Positions 30,496 through 39,359 of a stretch of DNA of 64,000 nucleotides are shown here, one piece after another (position 1 is the stretch's first letter; every line of letters starts with the position of its first letter). Made by a program: the position numbers and the translations under genes. Source of the DNA: Candidatus Latescibacterota bacterium. Lineage in GTDB: Bacteria > Latescibacterota > UBA2968 > UBA8231. The notes below the pieces were generated by a model, which was not told the DNA's origin, did no database searches, and saw nothing but the letters and a program-made list of their open reading frames with translations. The stretch spans positions 928,001 through 992,000 of the forward strand of contig OZ241889.1 of the NCBI GenBank assembly GCA_965203355.1, in the 5' to 3' direction.

Positions 30496-31124
30496 GACGA
30501 TCCTTCCGCCCGGCACAAGGTCAACGCGAAGATGTGCATGGATGGATTATCCGGCGTCACGAGATGCGACAGCAGCAGGGTTTCTTCTAATTCAATCACC
30601 TGATGCCAGAGACCCGCTTCAATATGCGTTTCATACATTTGGCGGCCTTTGCCCGGTGGGGCTATGCCAAAGAGGAATACGTGGGGAATGAGACCATCAG
30701 GAGTAATCAGTTGGCCCGTAAATGCCTCGATCTCTCCGTATTGAAGCCCATTGTAGTGCGAGGCGTCGCTGAGTGCGAGGGTCGCTTGGGCGCAGGAACC
30801 GTCCGGTGAGTGCAACCACACCGATTCGGCATTCGCACGCCAATCGCATATTCCAAGCACATGGAGTGCGCGGTAGCATCCCACTGGCAGCGGAATGTCT
30901 TGAGCCTCGCAGGCGATGTTATCGGGCACACCGTCTCTTTTATCTGGGAACGCAAACCTTGTGCCGCTGCAATCGACGGTCGCCCCCGACGGTGGAAGAC
31001 CCCCTGACCGAAAGATCGTCCCCATCCCATCGAGTCCGTCGGCGGCAGGGTCGCAGGAAGATGCGATGCCCGCGTTGTTGAAATAGGGGGCTAGGTCAAC
31101 AGTTATTTGGCCATTGGCTTGCAT
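30492..31124 (-). CDS. hypothetical beta-sandwich protein in peptide cluster
   Basis: 'VDLAPYFNN.GI', 'DNIACEAQDI.LP...Y..LHVLG', 'PDNPSMHIFALTL'; recalls accessory domains of glycoside hydrolases. Confidence 0.6.
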   Translation of the reverse strand: MQANGQITVDLAPYFNNAGIASSCDPAADGLDGMGTIFRSGGLPPSGATVDCSGTRFAFPDKRDGVPDNIACEAQDIPLPVGCYRALHVLGICDWRANAESVWLHSPDGSCAQATLALSDASHYNGLQYGEIEAFTGQLITPDGLIPHVFLFGIAPPGKGRQMYETHIEAGLWHQVIELEETLLLSHLVTPDNPSMHIFALTLCRAEGSS

Positions 31125-31145
31125 ATCTGTTCCCACCTGTGTTAC

Positions 31146-31418
31146 TCAGTGCATAGGCGATTGAAGTGCCAATCGCTTTTCTATATATGAGGTCAAGGAA
31201 CGCACTGAATCGAATAGGTCAATCCGCAGGTCTTCGTCTTCTACTTCAAATCCGAACTCTTCTTCAAGGGCAAAGACGATTTCTAACGCGGCAATGGAAT
31301 CGGCACCAAGGCCCTCGCCAAAGAGGGACTCGTCATCGGCGATGTCTTCGGGATTGATCTTGAGTTGGAGTCCTTGGACAAGGGCTTTTTTTACTCGTTG
31401 AGCTATGTCGTCGCGCAT
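31146..31418 (-). CDS. acyl carrier protein
   Basis: GLGADSIAALEIVFALEEEFG phosphopantetheine-Ser motif; acidic, 90 aa. Confidence 0.9.
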   Translation of the reverse strand: MRDDIAQRVKKALVQGLQLKINPEDIADDESLFGEGLGADSIAALEIVFALEEEFGFEVEDEDLRIDLFDSVRSLTSYIEKRLALQSPMH

Positions 31419-33319
31419 GGCCTCTCCTCTTCTTCTTCGGCAAAGTGATCGATGACCACCTCGACAGCCCGATGGACATCCACTTCGTCTGCAATAGATA
31501 CCGCCGGAAGACTGAACGTCTGTTCCAAGCGATTCAGTTTGTCGCGCACTTCGGCCGCGGTCATGGGCTGCGGTTTAATAGAGATTCGGCCATAGGCTGT
31601 GCGAATGTGTTTCGCCTGATCGCTCATGGCCAACAAGAGCGTAGGTGCTTGGCACAAGGCGCGAATGCCATCGATGGTGTCTTGAATGTAGTCGTTGGGA
31701 TCTACACTGTTGACTACTAATAGGCAGGCTTGGGGCTTGACCCCCATTAGGAACGCAAGGGTAGGTAGCGTCTGGGTCTGCTGTTCTTCCACGTTGTAAG
31801 GCACTGTGCCGGATTGGGTGCCGACTAAAATTAGGTCTGGCCGTTTGCGGTGGTTGATTTCTCGCATCTTGGCGTCGAGGTAGGGAGCGTAGTAGTCCAG
31901 CGGCATCTCAATTGACGCCGCGTAACCCATGGGGAACGCGCAGTCCATGCCGAAGAGGGCCGAGTGGTGTTCGGTGCCGACTTGTCCCACTCGGTAGCCT
32001 AGTTCTAGCAACCGGCGGCGCAGGGCGAGTTGCAGGGAAAACTTCCCCTGCTGCGAACTGGTGCCTGCGACCGCTAAGACGGGCACATCGACTGGGGGCC
32101 ATTGCTCCGATGAAAGGAGGGTTTGTCGTATTTCTTTGGAGGACAGGGCTGGATAGTATAACCGCAAGCCCTTGGCTTCAGCCTTTTCGTACAGATCGGC
32201 GTACTGTTCGTGCGGCAGTGCCAAGAGGCTGAAGATGTGGACGCCTTGGTCTATGGCGGTTTGGACTGCTTCGCGCAATAGGTCTCTTTTGCGGATGAGA
32301 CTCAGTTGGTCCATATAGCCTAAAATAAGGGTGTCGGCTCCCTGTAGGGCGGCGGCCAGACTGGGCGCAATGGACAGGCCCGCTGGCGGCAGGCCAATGG
32401 CCTCGCCAGCATCTTGACCGACCAAGCCCTTGCCGACCGGATCGCCTACGCCGACGATCTCAAAGCCGAGCAGGTCGCGCCCGCGCACCAGCGAGTGCAT
32501 CTCCTTGTTGTAGGGATAGAGGGCGGCTTTCTGAATGTAGGTGAACGAGCCCTCGGGACGGGGCCGAGAAGCGATTTTAGGTGCGGGGGTACGGGTGGGT
32601 TCGGGAAGAGCGTGAGCGCGGAGGATTTCGCGCACCTGTGCTAGGCTCGCGCCGGGCTTGGCTTGGCGGATGAGGGCAAGCAGGCCGGTGATGTGGGGCG
32701 CGGCAAAGCTGGTGCCCGCCAGCATGATCTCAGGCGGCTCCAGCCAACACACTCGCTGGAGGTCGCCCCGGGCTATGCACTCGACAGCGTCTCCTTGGCG
32801 ATAGTTGTAATCGTATAGATTCTGCAATGGCCCCGCGCCCACGCCGATGACTTGGGGCAAGTGGGTTGGATAGCTCTCGCGGCCTTCTTGGTGATCGGCG
32901 GCGACCATTAGAATGCCTTGATCGGCGGCTTGTTGGCAGACGCGGGCCAAAGTGTCTCGCATCGTTACCTCGGTGGTGCCCAAGCTCAGGTTGATGATGT
33001 CCATACCCTGTTCTATGGACCATTTGATGGCTGCGATTAGCAAGCGGCTATCGGCTTGAAGCGATTCGTCGAAGATACGCACACTATACAGAGCCGCTTG
33101 GGGTGCTTTGCGGCGAATGATACCGGCGCAGGCCGTGCCGTGGCCGGCGCAATCGGCGTGGGCGGCACTGTAGTGAATCACGCTGTCTCTGTCTGGCCCG
33201 ATAGTGATGGCGATACCACCAGCCACCGGGCCGATTTTGGGATGATTGGGTACGAGGCCGCTATCGACGATGGCGATCTTGACGCCGTGGCCGGTCTGGT
33301 CGGCAAAGGGAAAGCTCAT
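31403..33319 (-). CDS. S8 subtilisin-like peptidase fused to DUF1611/TIGR04066-like domain
   Basis: IVDSG, GHGTACAG, GTSFAAP triad; then 'AALYPYNKEMHSLVR' and P-loop-like 'VAGTSSQQGKFSLQL', 'GQVGT', 'DLILVGTQSG'; no signal peptide. Confidence 0.85.
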   Translation of the reverse strand: MSFPFADQTGHGVKIAIVDSGLVPNHPKIGPVAGGIAITIGPDRDSVIHYSAAHADCAGHGTACAGIIRRKAPQAALYSVRIFDESLQADSRLLIAAIKWSIEQGMDIINLSLGTTEVTMRDTLARVCQQAADQGILMVAADHQEGRESYPTHLPQVIGVGAGPLQNLYDYNYRQGDAVECIARGDLQRVCWLEPPEIMLAGTSFAAPHITGLLALIRQAKPGASLAQVREILRAHALPEPTRTPAPKIASRPRPEGSFTYIQKAALYPYNKEMHSLVRGRDLLGFEIVGVGDPVGKGLVGQDAGEAIGLPPAGLSIAPSLAAALQGADTLILGYMDQLSLIRKRDLLREAVQTAIDQGVHIFSLLALPHEQYADLYEKAEAKGLRLYYPALSSKEIRQTLLSSEQWPPVDVPVLAVAGTSSQQGKFSLQLALRRRLLELGYRVGQVGTEHHSALFGMDCAFPMGYAASIEMPLDYYAPYLDAKMREINHRKRPDLILVGTQSGTVPYNVEEQQTQTLPTLAFLMGVKPQACLLVVNSVDPNDYIQDTIDGIRALCQAPTLLLAMSDQAKHIRTAYGRISIKPQPMTAAEVRDKLNRLEQTFSLPAVSIADEVDVHRAVEVVIDHFAEEEEERPCATT

Positions 33320-33816
33320 GGGTTTGTCTCCGCATCTATGGCGATCGGGAATCCGGCTGCCTGCCAAGCCGGCCAACCGCCCGTCAGAACATAGCCGTCA
33401 TCGCGAATCGACTCTTTGACCAGCCGTTTGGCGAGCGCGTAGCTACTCCGGCAACCGCCTCCTGAGCAGTAGGTGATGACTTGGACATTAGCCGGATAAG
33501 CCGCTAACATCTGACGCAGGCTATTTGTGGAAGCATGGGAAGGAACACGTAAAGCACCGGGGATGTGACCGGCCTCATAAGAGTGTGCTGAGCGTGCGTC
33601 CACAAACACGGCGTCGCCGCGGTCGAAAGCCTGTTTGGCCTCGGTCGCAGAGAGCCGGTGAATGCCCTGCATTGCGGAGGAACTAAGCGTTGTATTGGCC
33701 TCTAGGACATCCAACGACAGAGCGGGCTGCACGGTATAGAACCAGATGGCGTACACGCCGCCGGCCAGTACGGCCAGCGAGAGGATTAGACCCATTCTGA
33801 TCAGAAGGCGACTCAT
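33316..33816 (-). CDS. membrane-anchored rhodanese-domain protein
   Basis: N-terminal TM, FVDARS...Y.AGHIPGA, TYCSGGGC, LTGGWPAW. Confidence 0.9.
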   Translation of the reverse strand: MSRLLIRMGLILSLAVLAGGVYAIWFYTVQPALSLDVLEANTTLSSSAMQGIHRLSATEAKQAFDRGDAVFVDARSAHSYEAGHIPGALRVPSHASTNSLRQMLAAYPANVQVITYCSGGGCRSSYALAKRLVKESIRDDGYVLTGGWPAWQAAGFPIAIDAETNP

Positions 33817-33827
33817 GCGATTCGCTC

Positions 33828-35561
33828 CTAGGCAGCCTCTTGTTGATGGTGAACAAACTGTGCGTAATAGCCCGACCTTTGGCGCAGCACGCCCGGCGGC
33901 CCCTGCTCGACTACGTGCCCGTTAGACAAGCAGATCACTTCATCTACGCCTTGTACCGCACTGAGTCGGTGGCTGATTAAGAGAATCGTTTTGTCGTGGC
34001 ATAGGTGCTGGATATGCTGAAAGAGGACTTCTTCGCTTTCAGCGTCGAGTGCGGCGGTGGCTTCGTCCAAAATCATCAGGTCCACCGGCTGCAACAGGGT
34101 ACGGGCTAGGGCGATGCGCTGCTTTTGGCCACCGGAGAGTTGTACGCCCTGTTCGCCGATTTTCGTCTGCCGGTCCAAGCCATCCAGTCCTACTTGATTG
34201 ATCACATTTTCGACTCTGGTCGGTTCGCACTTGAAGTTGCCGTAGTGAATATTGTCCCAGACCGTGTCGTTAAATAGGTGGACTTGTTGGCTGACGAAAC
34301 CAATGTGTGCTCTCAGTTCACGTAGGCTGATCTTTTCAAGTGGTGTACCATCTATAAGGATGCGGCCTTGATCGGGCTGATAGAACCCGCACAACAGATT
34401 CGCCAGCGTCGTCTTGCCGCTGCCACTCATGCCAACTAAGGCGTAACTCTTGCCCTTGACGAGCTTCAGGTTCACGCCTTGTAAGACAGGTTGGTCGTCG
34501 AAGCGGAAGTGGATGTCTTGCAATTCAATGGCGCGTTGATAGACGAAGGGTTTGCGCCCGGTGTGAATCGCCTCTTGAGTGGGCAACTGCATGAATTCCA
34601 GCACTCGGCGCATGGAGACTAAGCCGCGCACTAAGTCCATGTACAGATTGTGCAGTCCGCTCACCGGGCCAAACAGACGCGAGGTGTACTGTATAAAGGC
34701 AATGAGCGTTCCGATTGTCATGGCGCCCTGCATTACTTGATAGCCGCCCCAGCCCATGATGAACGCAGGCGTTAGAGCCACTAACCCCGCCGAGATGTTG
34801 TGCATAGACGAGGAGTATAGCACGTTGCGCATGGAGAACGAGATCAAGTCGTTGAGGGCCGATCTAAAGAGATACTTCTCGTGGCCATCGCTGTTGGAGA
34901 GTTGAATCAGCGGGATGTGGCTAAACCGCTCGATGGAATAGCTGGAGAGTTTGGCACTTTGTTGCTGAATGGATTCGACGACCTTTCTGATTTTAGGCTG
35001 AAAGTGGAGTAGGTTGGCCACAAACAGGGGGAGGACCAACACAGAGAGCAGAAACAAGGTGACGTCTAGCCAGCACAAGATCGCCACGAGGCCGATTAAG
35101 GTTAGTACACTATGTAGGAAACTCAGGGCACTTGCCGTCAGCACCGATTGGATTACGCCCACGTCGCTGTTGAGGCGAAAGACGATGTCGCCGACGGTCT
35201 GTCGATTGTGGAAGCTGAGCGGCAAGCGAATGAGGTGTTGGAATAACTCGACGCGGATGTTGCGGACGATGCGTCTGCCGGCCCAAGCATACAGATAATC
35301 AGAAGTGAAGGATAGGATCAAGTGGGTGATGGTGATGCCGATCAAGATGGCGAGGGCAACCAACAGCGGTTGGAGCTGTTTGGCTGGTACAATCTTATCA
35401 ATGATGATTTTTAAGATGTAAGGGGGTGCGAGTGAGCCGATTGTGATGCACAATACGCAGAATAGTACCACAATCCCCTGAAACCAGTACGGAGTTAGAA
35501 AGGGTAGAAAGAAGCCGATGGCGGAACGGGCTGTTTTGGGCGCAGACATGAGAAACCTCAA
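33828..35561 (-). CDS. ABC exporter (permease + ATPase, no C39 domain)
   Basis: TM domain, GMSGSGKTT, LSGGQKQR, ILDEAT, ISHR. Confidence 0.95.
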   Translation of the reverse strand: MRFLMSAPKTARSAIGFFLPFLTPYWFQGIVVLFCVLCITIGSLAPPYILKIIIDKIVPAKQLQPLLVALAILIGITITHLILSFTSDYLYAWAGRRIVRNIRVELFQHLIRLPLSFHNRQTVGDIVFRLNSDVGVIQSVLTASALSFLHSVLTLIGLVAILCWLDVTLFLLSVLVLPLFVANLLHFQPKIRKVVESIQQQSAKLSSYSIERFSHIPLIQLSNSDGHEKYLFRSALNDLISFSMRNVLYSSSMHNISAGLVALTPAFIMGWGGYQVMQGAMTIGTLIAFIQYTSRLFGPVSGLHNLYMDLVRGLVSMRRVLEFMQLPTQEAIHTGRKPFVYQRAIELQDIHFRFDDQPVLQGVNLKLVKGKSYALVGMSGSGKTTLANLLCGFYQPDQGRILIDGTPLEKISLRELRAHIGFVSQQVHLFNDTVWDNIHYGNFKCEPTRVENVINQVGLDGLDRQTKIGEQGVQLSGGQKQRIALARTLLQPVDLMILDEATAALDAESEEVLFQHIQHLCHDKTILLISHRLSAVQGVDEVICLSNGHVVEQGPPGVLRQRSGYYAQFVHHQQEAA

Positions 35562-36250
35562 ATATCGGTCAAAATGTGGTTGCCGTTTATGATTTCTAGT
35601 AGAGACACGCCCTCCAGTTTGCTCAGCGGCGAGTCAGTGAAGCTAGCGGTTTTAACGTTGCGTGCTGGTAGGTGGGTAGAGACGAGTTTCCAGAAGAAGA
35701 GTTTGGTGAATTGTTCTCTGCCTGCTAATGGGTAGTGGTATTGGATAATGGTTTGGCGTTCGTCGATGAGAAAGATCGCCGGCGTCTGCTCAAAGAAATC
35801 TGCATACTTTTTTTGATCGTTCACTCGCATAGTTCCCAAGTGGTATTTGAGCTTGAATGCTCGTGCAAATTGAGCGGCAGCCGATGGCATAGAGGACAGG
35901 GCGTATATGGGTAACTGGTCGGGGTCTTCTATATGGTCATACACATGTTGTAGGGTCTCTAACACCAGCTCTAAGCATGGCTGACAGGAGGTGGGATCGA
36001 AGAGTAATACTAAGCCACCTTGAGTTTTGGCGAAGTCAGTGTGAGCGGTCTCGCCATCGACTTGGAAGGAAATCACGGGGAAAGACTGACCGATCCAGCG
36101 GTCGGATTTGAAGATGTTGATTACATAATCGCGGTAGTTTTGCACATCCACGACATAGGTCTTACTGAACCAAGCTACAACGACGGTCAAAGCGACGAGT
36201 TGTAAGAGGTTCGTAGCAGCCAATAGCTTTATTAAGGTCCTTTGTCTCAT
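35558..36250 (-). CDS. membrane-anchored thioredoxin-fold protein (CxxC)
   Basis: N-terminal TM, 'LLFDPTSCQPCL', 'QTPAIFLID' cis-Pro-type motif. Confidence 0.7.
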   Translation of the reverse strand: MRQRTLIKLLAATNLLQLVALTVVVAWFSKTYVVDVQNYRDYVINIFKSDRWIGQSFPVISFQVDGETAHTDFAKTQGGLVLLFDPTSCQPCLELVLETLQHVYDHIEDPDQLPIYALSSMPSAAAQFARAFKLKYHLGTMRVNDQKKYADFFEQTPAIFLIDERQTIIQYHYPLAGREQFTKLFFWKLVSTHLPARNVKTASFTDSPLSKLEGVSLLEIINGNHILTDI

Positions 36251-36314
36251 GGTCTCTGTCCCCTATTGTCAAATGGCATCAACGGATAGGTAATGTGTCC
36301 AGTACGCATGTGAT

Positions 36315-37529
36315 CTAATGAGGTTGAAAGACAAGTTCGTGGATCTCCACGGTGCCATTGGAGTCCTCTTCTCTTCCCGGTAGAGGCGATTGATAGGAGT
36401 ATAGACAACCGTCCCAATGCGTAAGGTCGTTTCCAATAAAAGATTGCATAGCCTCTTCAAAAGCATAGGCTTTGATCCGGTTTGGTGTCTTTAGGTCATA
36501 GACGATTCCCTCCCATTTAATCGCGCCTCCGGCTAGAAAGTCAGAGATAGAGGAGGGATGCATGTAGGCAACAAGAATGTACTGGTCCTGCACGAGCACT
36601 ATAGATTGCACTTCACTCATTTTACGGTCCAATTGGCTTATTTCCTCGGTGGTTTTATCCTCAAAGCTGTAGTAGCGCTCCGGCAAGGGACGATACTTCT
36701 CTAGTTGATAGCCGAACTGACGTATCAGCCGACCTGTGTCCGGATCGATTGCTGTGACTTTGTAGTCATTTCTTTTTATATAGTACAACTGATGTCGAGT
36801 CGGACTATAGGCTAAAGAACCGCTGGCCATGAAAGATGGTTGGCCAGTGAACAATGGAATGCGATAAATAGGTTCGTATTTTGCCGAGGTTGCCGGTTCG
36901 AACCGCTGCAATTCTACGATATGGCCACTATCGCTAGTTGAACGGGTCACTCTCGTCAAGTACACTGCGCCGTCTCGTCCAGTGACAATCCGAGCCGCCG
37001 ACGACGTACTAAAACGGGGAGACCGGTCTAAGAACTGCCCCTGCCGATCATAGCGGTGTAAGTATCCTGCCGATCTATCGAGAATGTAAAGATGGCCTTG
37101 GGGGGTTATGGCCATATTGTTAGGGGTACCATATTCTCCCGGTCCCATTCCTCGCTTTCCAATGGATCGGATATACTGGCCGTCCGAGATGCTGAATTCA
37201 AAGGCTTGGTCAACGATAAAGTCCGAGAGTAACAGAGTGCCCTCTGGGGAGAATCCCATCCAGTGCACACCGCTGATGGCGGGGGTATCCTCGTCATAAG
37301 CCAATTCGACTTTCCCTTTCAAGACCAGGTCGACCTGGCCGACATACTCGACCGGCACTTGGGGGATGGTCGACTCGTCAGATGCTCCTGAGCTATCATC
37401 TGCGGACCATGCGACACTTTCCTTGATGTTGTCCCATAGCCCGGCGTCGGCTGATTGAACCGGGAAGGCGAGGACGCTGGCGACGAACAGGAGGCGGCTA
37501 TTGAGCAGGATGGAGTGTGCGGTTTTCAT
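36315..37529 (-). CDS. secreted 6-bladed beta-propeller (NHL-like), copy A
   Basis: Signal peptide ending ADA; 'IGKRGMGPGEY..P..MAI...G.LYILD' blade motif; AAGGAG RBS. Confidence 0.85.
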   Translation of the reverse strand: MKTAHSILLNSRLLFVASVLAFPVQSADAGLWDNIKESVAWSADDSSGASDESTIPQVPVEYVGQVDLVLKGKVELAYDEDTPAISGVHWMGFSPEGTLLLSDFIVDQAFEFSISDGQYIRSIGKRGMGPGEYGTPNNMAITPQGHLYILDRSAGYLHRYDRQGQFLDRSPRFSTSSAARIVTGRDGAVYLTRVTRSTSDSGHIVELQRFEPATSAKYEPIYRIPLFTGQPSFMASGSLAYSPTRHQLYYIKRNDYKVTAIDPDTGRLIRQFGYQLEKYRPLPERYYSFEDKTTEEISQLDRKMSEVQSIVLVQDQYILVAYMHPSSISDFLAGGAIKWEGIVYDLKTPNRIKAYAFEEAMQSFIGNDLTHWDGCLYSYQSPLPGREEDSNGTVEIHELVFQPH

Positions 37530-37620
37530 AAGGCGGTTCTCCTTGACCAACAGTTTCAACGAAGACTTGTACCTTGTTGGGCGTCAGTGAATTGTATGCG
37601 ATTTCGTCAACCACGGTTGC

Positions 37621-37656
37621 AGTACTCCGACCCCGGTTAGTTGGGGCCGGAGTACT
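37621..37656 (-). promoter_or_regulatory. stem-loop 3' of precursor A
   Basis: mRNA AGUACUCCGGCCCC-8 nt loop-GGGGUCGGAGUACU; no U tract. Confidence 0.75.
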
Positions 37657-37688
37657 TAGGACCGGGGTATGGGTTCTGGCGTAGGGCA

Positions 37689-37895
37689 TTACTTCACGAA
37701 ACAGACCTTAGTGTCGCCTTCGCCGCAGTCGTTTCCTTCTGCGTAATGGCATCCGTAATACTTGGCAAGGCAGGGGTCGCCACCGCAGGTGGTATTTTCC
37801 ACGCGGTACGGTGCCACGTCCCATTCGCCTTCCGTCACGTAGGCTTGGATGAGGAACCTACGCCTCACTGGGGTTTTCTTGCTGAGATTTGTCAT
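37689..37895 (-). CDS. Cys-rich precursor peptide A (68 aa)
   Basis: AAGGAG RBS; leader MTNLSKKTPVRRRFLIQAY; core with 5 Cys; paralog of 39360..39569. Confidence 0.85.
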   Translation of the reverse strand: MTNLSKKTPVRRRFLIQAYVTEGEWDVAPYRVENTTCGGDPCLAKYYGCHYAEGNDCGEGDTKVCFVK

Positions 37896-38007
37896 GGGAT
37901 TACTCCTTGGCGAAGCTCATAAATGAGCAGTGTGTGAAAAAGGAAACCAGAACCCATACCTTCTGGTGTGCAAAAGATAGATCGCCGACATGATAGGCTG
38001 GTGTGGT

Positions 38008-39264
38008 TTAATGAAGTTGAAAGACGGGTTCGTAGATCACCACGGTGCCATTGGAGTCCTTTTCCCGCCCCGGTAGCGGTGATTGATAGGAGTATAAACG
38101 ACCATTCCAATGCGTAAGTTCGTTTCCAATGAAACGATGAAAACGAACTATGCTGCTATCCGTAGGGTCAGGATATGATTGAATAGCCTCTTCAAAAGCA
38201 TAGGCTTTGATCTGGTTTGGTGTCTTTAGGTCATAGACGATTCCTTCCCATTTGAGTGCGTTATTGGCTAAATCGTCGAAGACGGAGGGATGTAGGTAGG
38301 TAACGAAAATGTACTGGTCCTGCACGAGCACCATAGATAGCACAGAACTCATTTCACGGTCCAATTCGCTTATTTCCTCAGTGGTTTTAACCTCAAAGTT
38401 GTAGTAGCGCTCTGGTAAGGGACGATACTTCTCTAGTTGATAGCCGAACTGATGTATCAGGCGACCTGTCTCTGGGTCGATTACTGTGACTTTGTAATCA
38501 TTTGTTCCCATGTAATACAACTGATGTCGCGTCGGGCTGTAGGCTAAACGGGTGTAACCGGACATTTTTTGGGAGATGAAAGACGGTTGGTTAGTGGACA
38601 ATGGAGTGCGATAGATGGGTTCGTATTTTGCCGAGGTTGCCGGTTCGAGCCGCTGCAATTCTATGATATAACCACTAGGTGTCCTAACTGATCTCGCTAA
38701 GTACACTGCGCCGTCTCGTCCGGTGACAATCCGAGCCCCTTTAGAAAAGTGAGGAGACCGGTCTAAGAACTGCCCCTGCCGGTCATAGCGGTGTAAGTAT
38801 CCTAACCCTTTATCGAGAATATAAAGATAGCCTTGGGGGTCTATGGCCATATTGGTAGGGAAACCATATTCTCCCGGTCCCGGTCCGTACTTTCCAATGG
38901 AGCGGATGTACTGGCCGTCCGCGATGCTGAATTCAAAGGCTTGGCGACCGACAGCATCCGAGAGTAGCAGAGTGCCTTCTGGGGAGAATCCCATCCAACC
39001 CACATTGCCGATGCCGGGGGTATCCTCGTCATAAGCTAGCTCGACTTTCCCTTTCAAGACCAGGTCGACTTGGCCGACATACTCGACCGGCACTTGGGGG
39101 ATGGTCGGCTCGTCAGATGCTCCTGAGCTATCATCTGCGGACCATGTGACACTTTCCTTGATGTTGTCCCATAGCCCGGCGTCGGCGGGTTGAACCGGGA
39201 AGGCGAGGACGCTGGCGACGAACAGGAGGCGGCTATTGAGCAGGATGGAGTGTGCGGTTTTCAT
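38008..39264 (-). CDS. secreted 6-bladed beta-propeller (NHL-like), copy B
   Basis: Close paralog of 36315..37529; 'IGKYGPGPGEY'. Confidence 0.85.
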   Translation of the reverse strand: MKTAHSILLNSRLLFVASVLAFPVQPADAGLWDNIKESVTWSADDSSGASDEPTIPQVPVEYVGQVDLVLKGKVELAYDEDTPGIGNVGWMGFSPEGTLLLSDAVGRQAFEFSIADGQYIRSIGKYGPGPGEYGFPTNMAIDPQGYLYILDKGLGYLHRYDRQGQFLDRSPHFSKGARIVTGRDGAVYLARSVRTPSGYIIELQRLEPATSAKYEPIYRTPLSTNQPSFISQKMSGYTRLAYSPTRHQLYYMGTNDYKVTVIDPETGRLIHQFGYQLEKYRPLPERYYNFEVKTTEEISELDREMSSVLSMVLVQDQYIFVTYLHPSVFDDLANNALKWEGIVYDLKTPNQIKAYAFEEAIQSYPDPTDSSIVRFHRFIGNELTHWNGRLYSYQSPLPGREKDSNGTVVIYEPVFQLH

Positions 39265-39291
39265 AAGGCGGTTCTCCTTGACCAAAATTGC

Positions 39292-39327
39292 AGTGCTCCG
39301 ACCCCGGTTGGTTGGGGCCGGAGCACT
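39292..39327 (-). promoter_or_regulatory. stem-loop 3' of precursor B
   Basis: Same hairpin as 37621..37656 with a compensatory A-U to G-C change. Confidence 0.75.
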
Positions 39328-39359
39328 TAGGACCAGGGTATGGGTTCTGGCGTAGGGAA

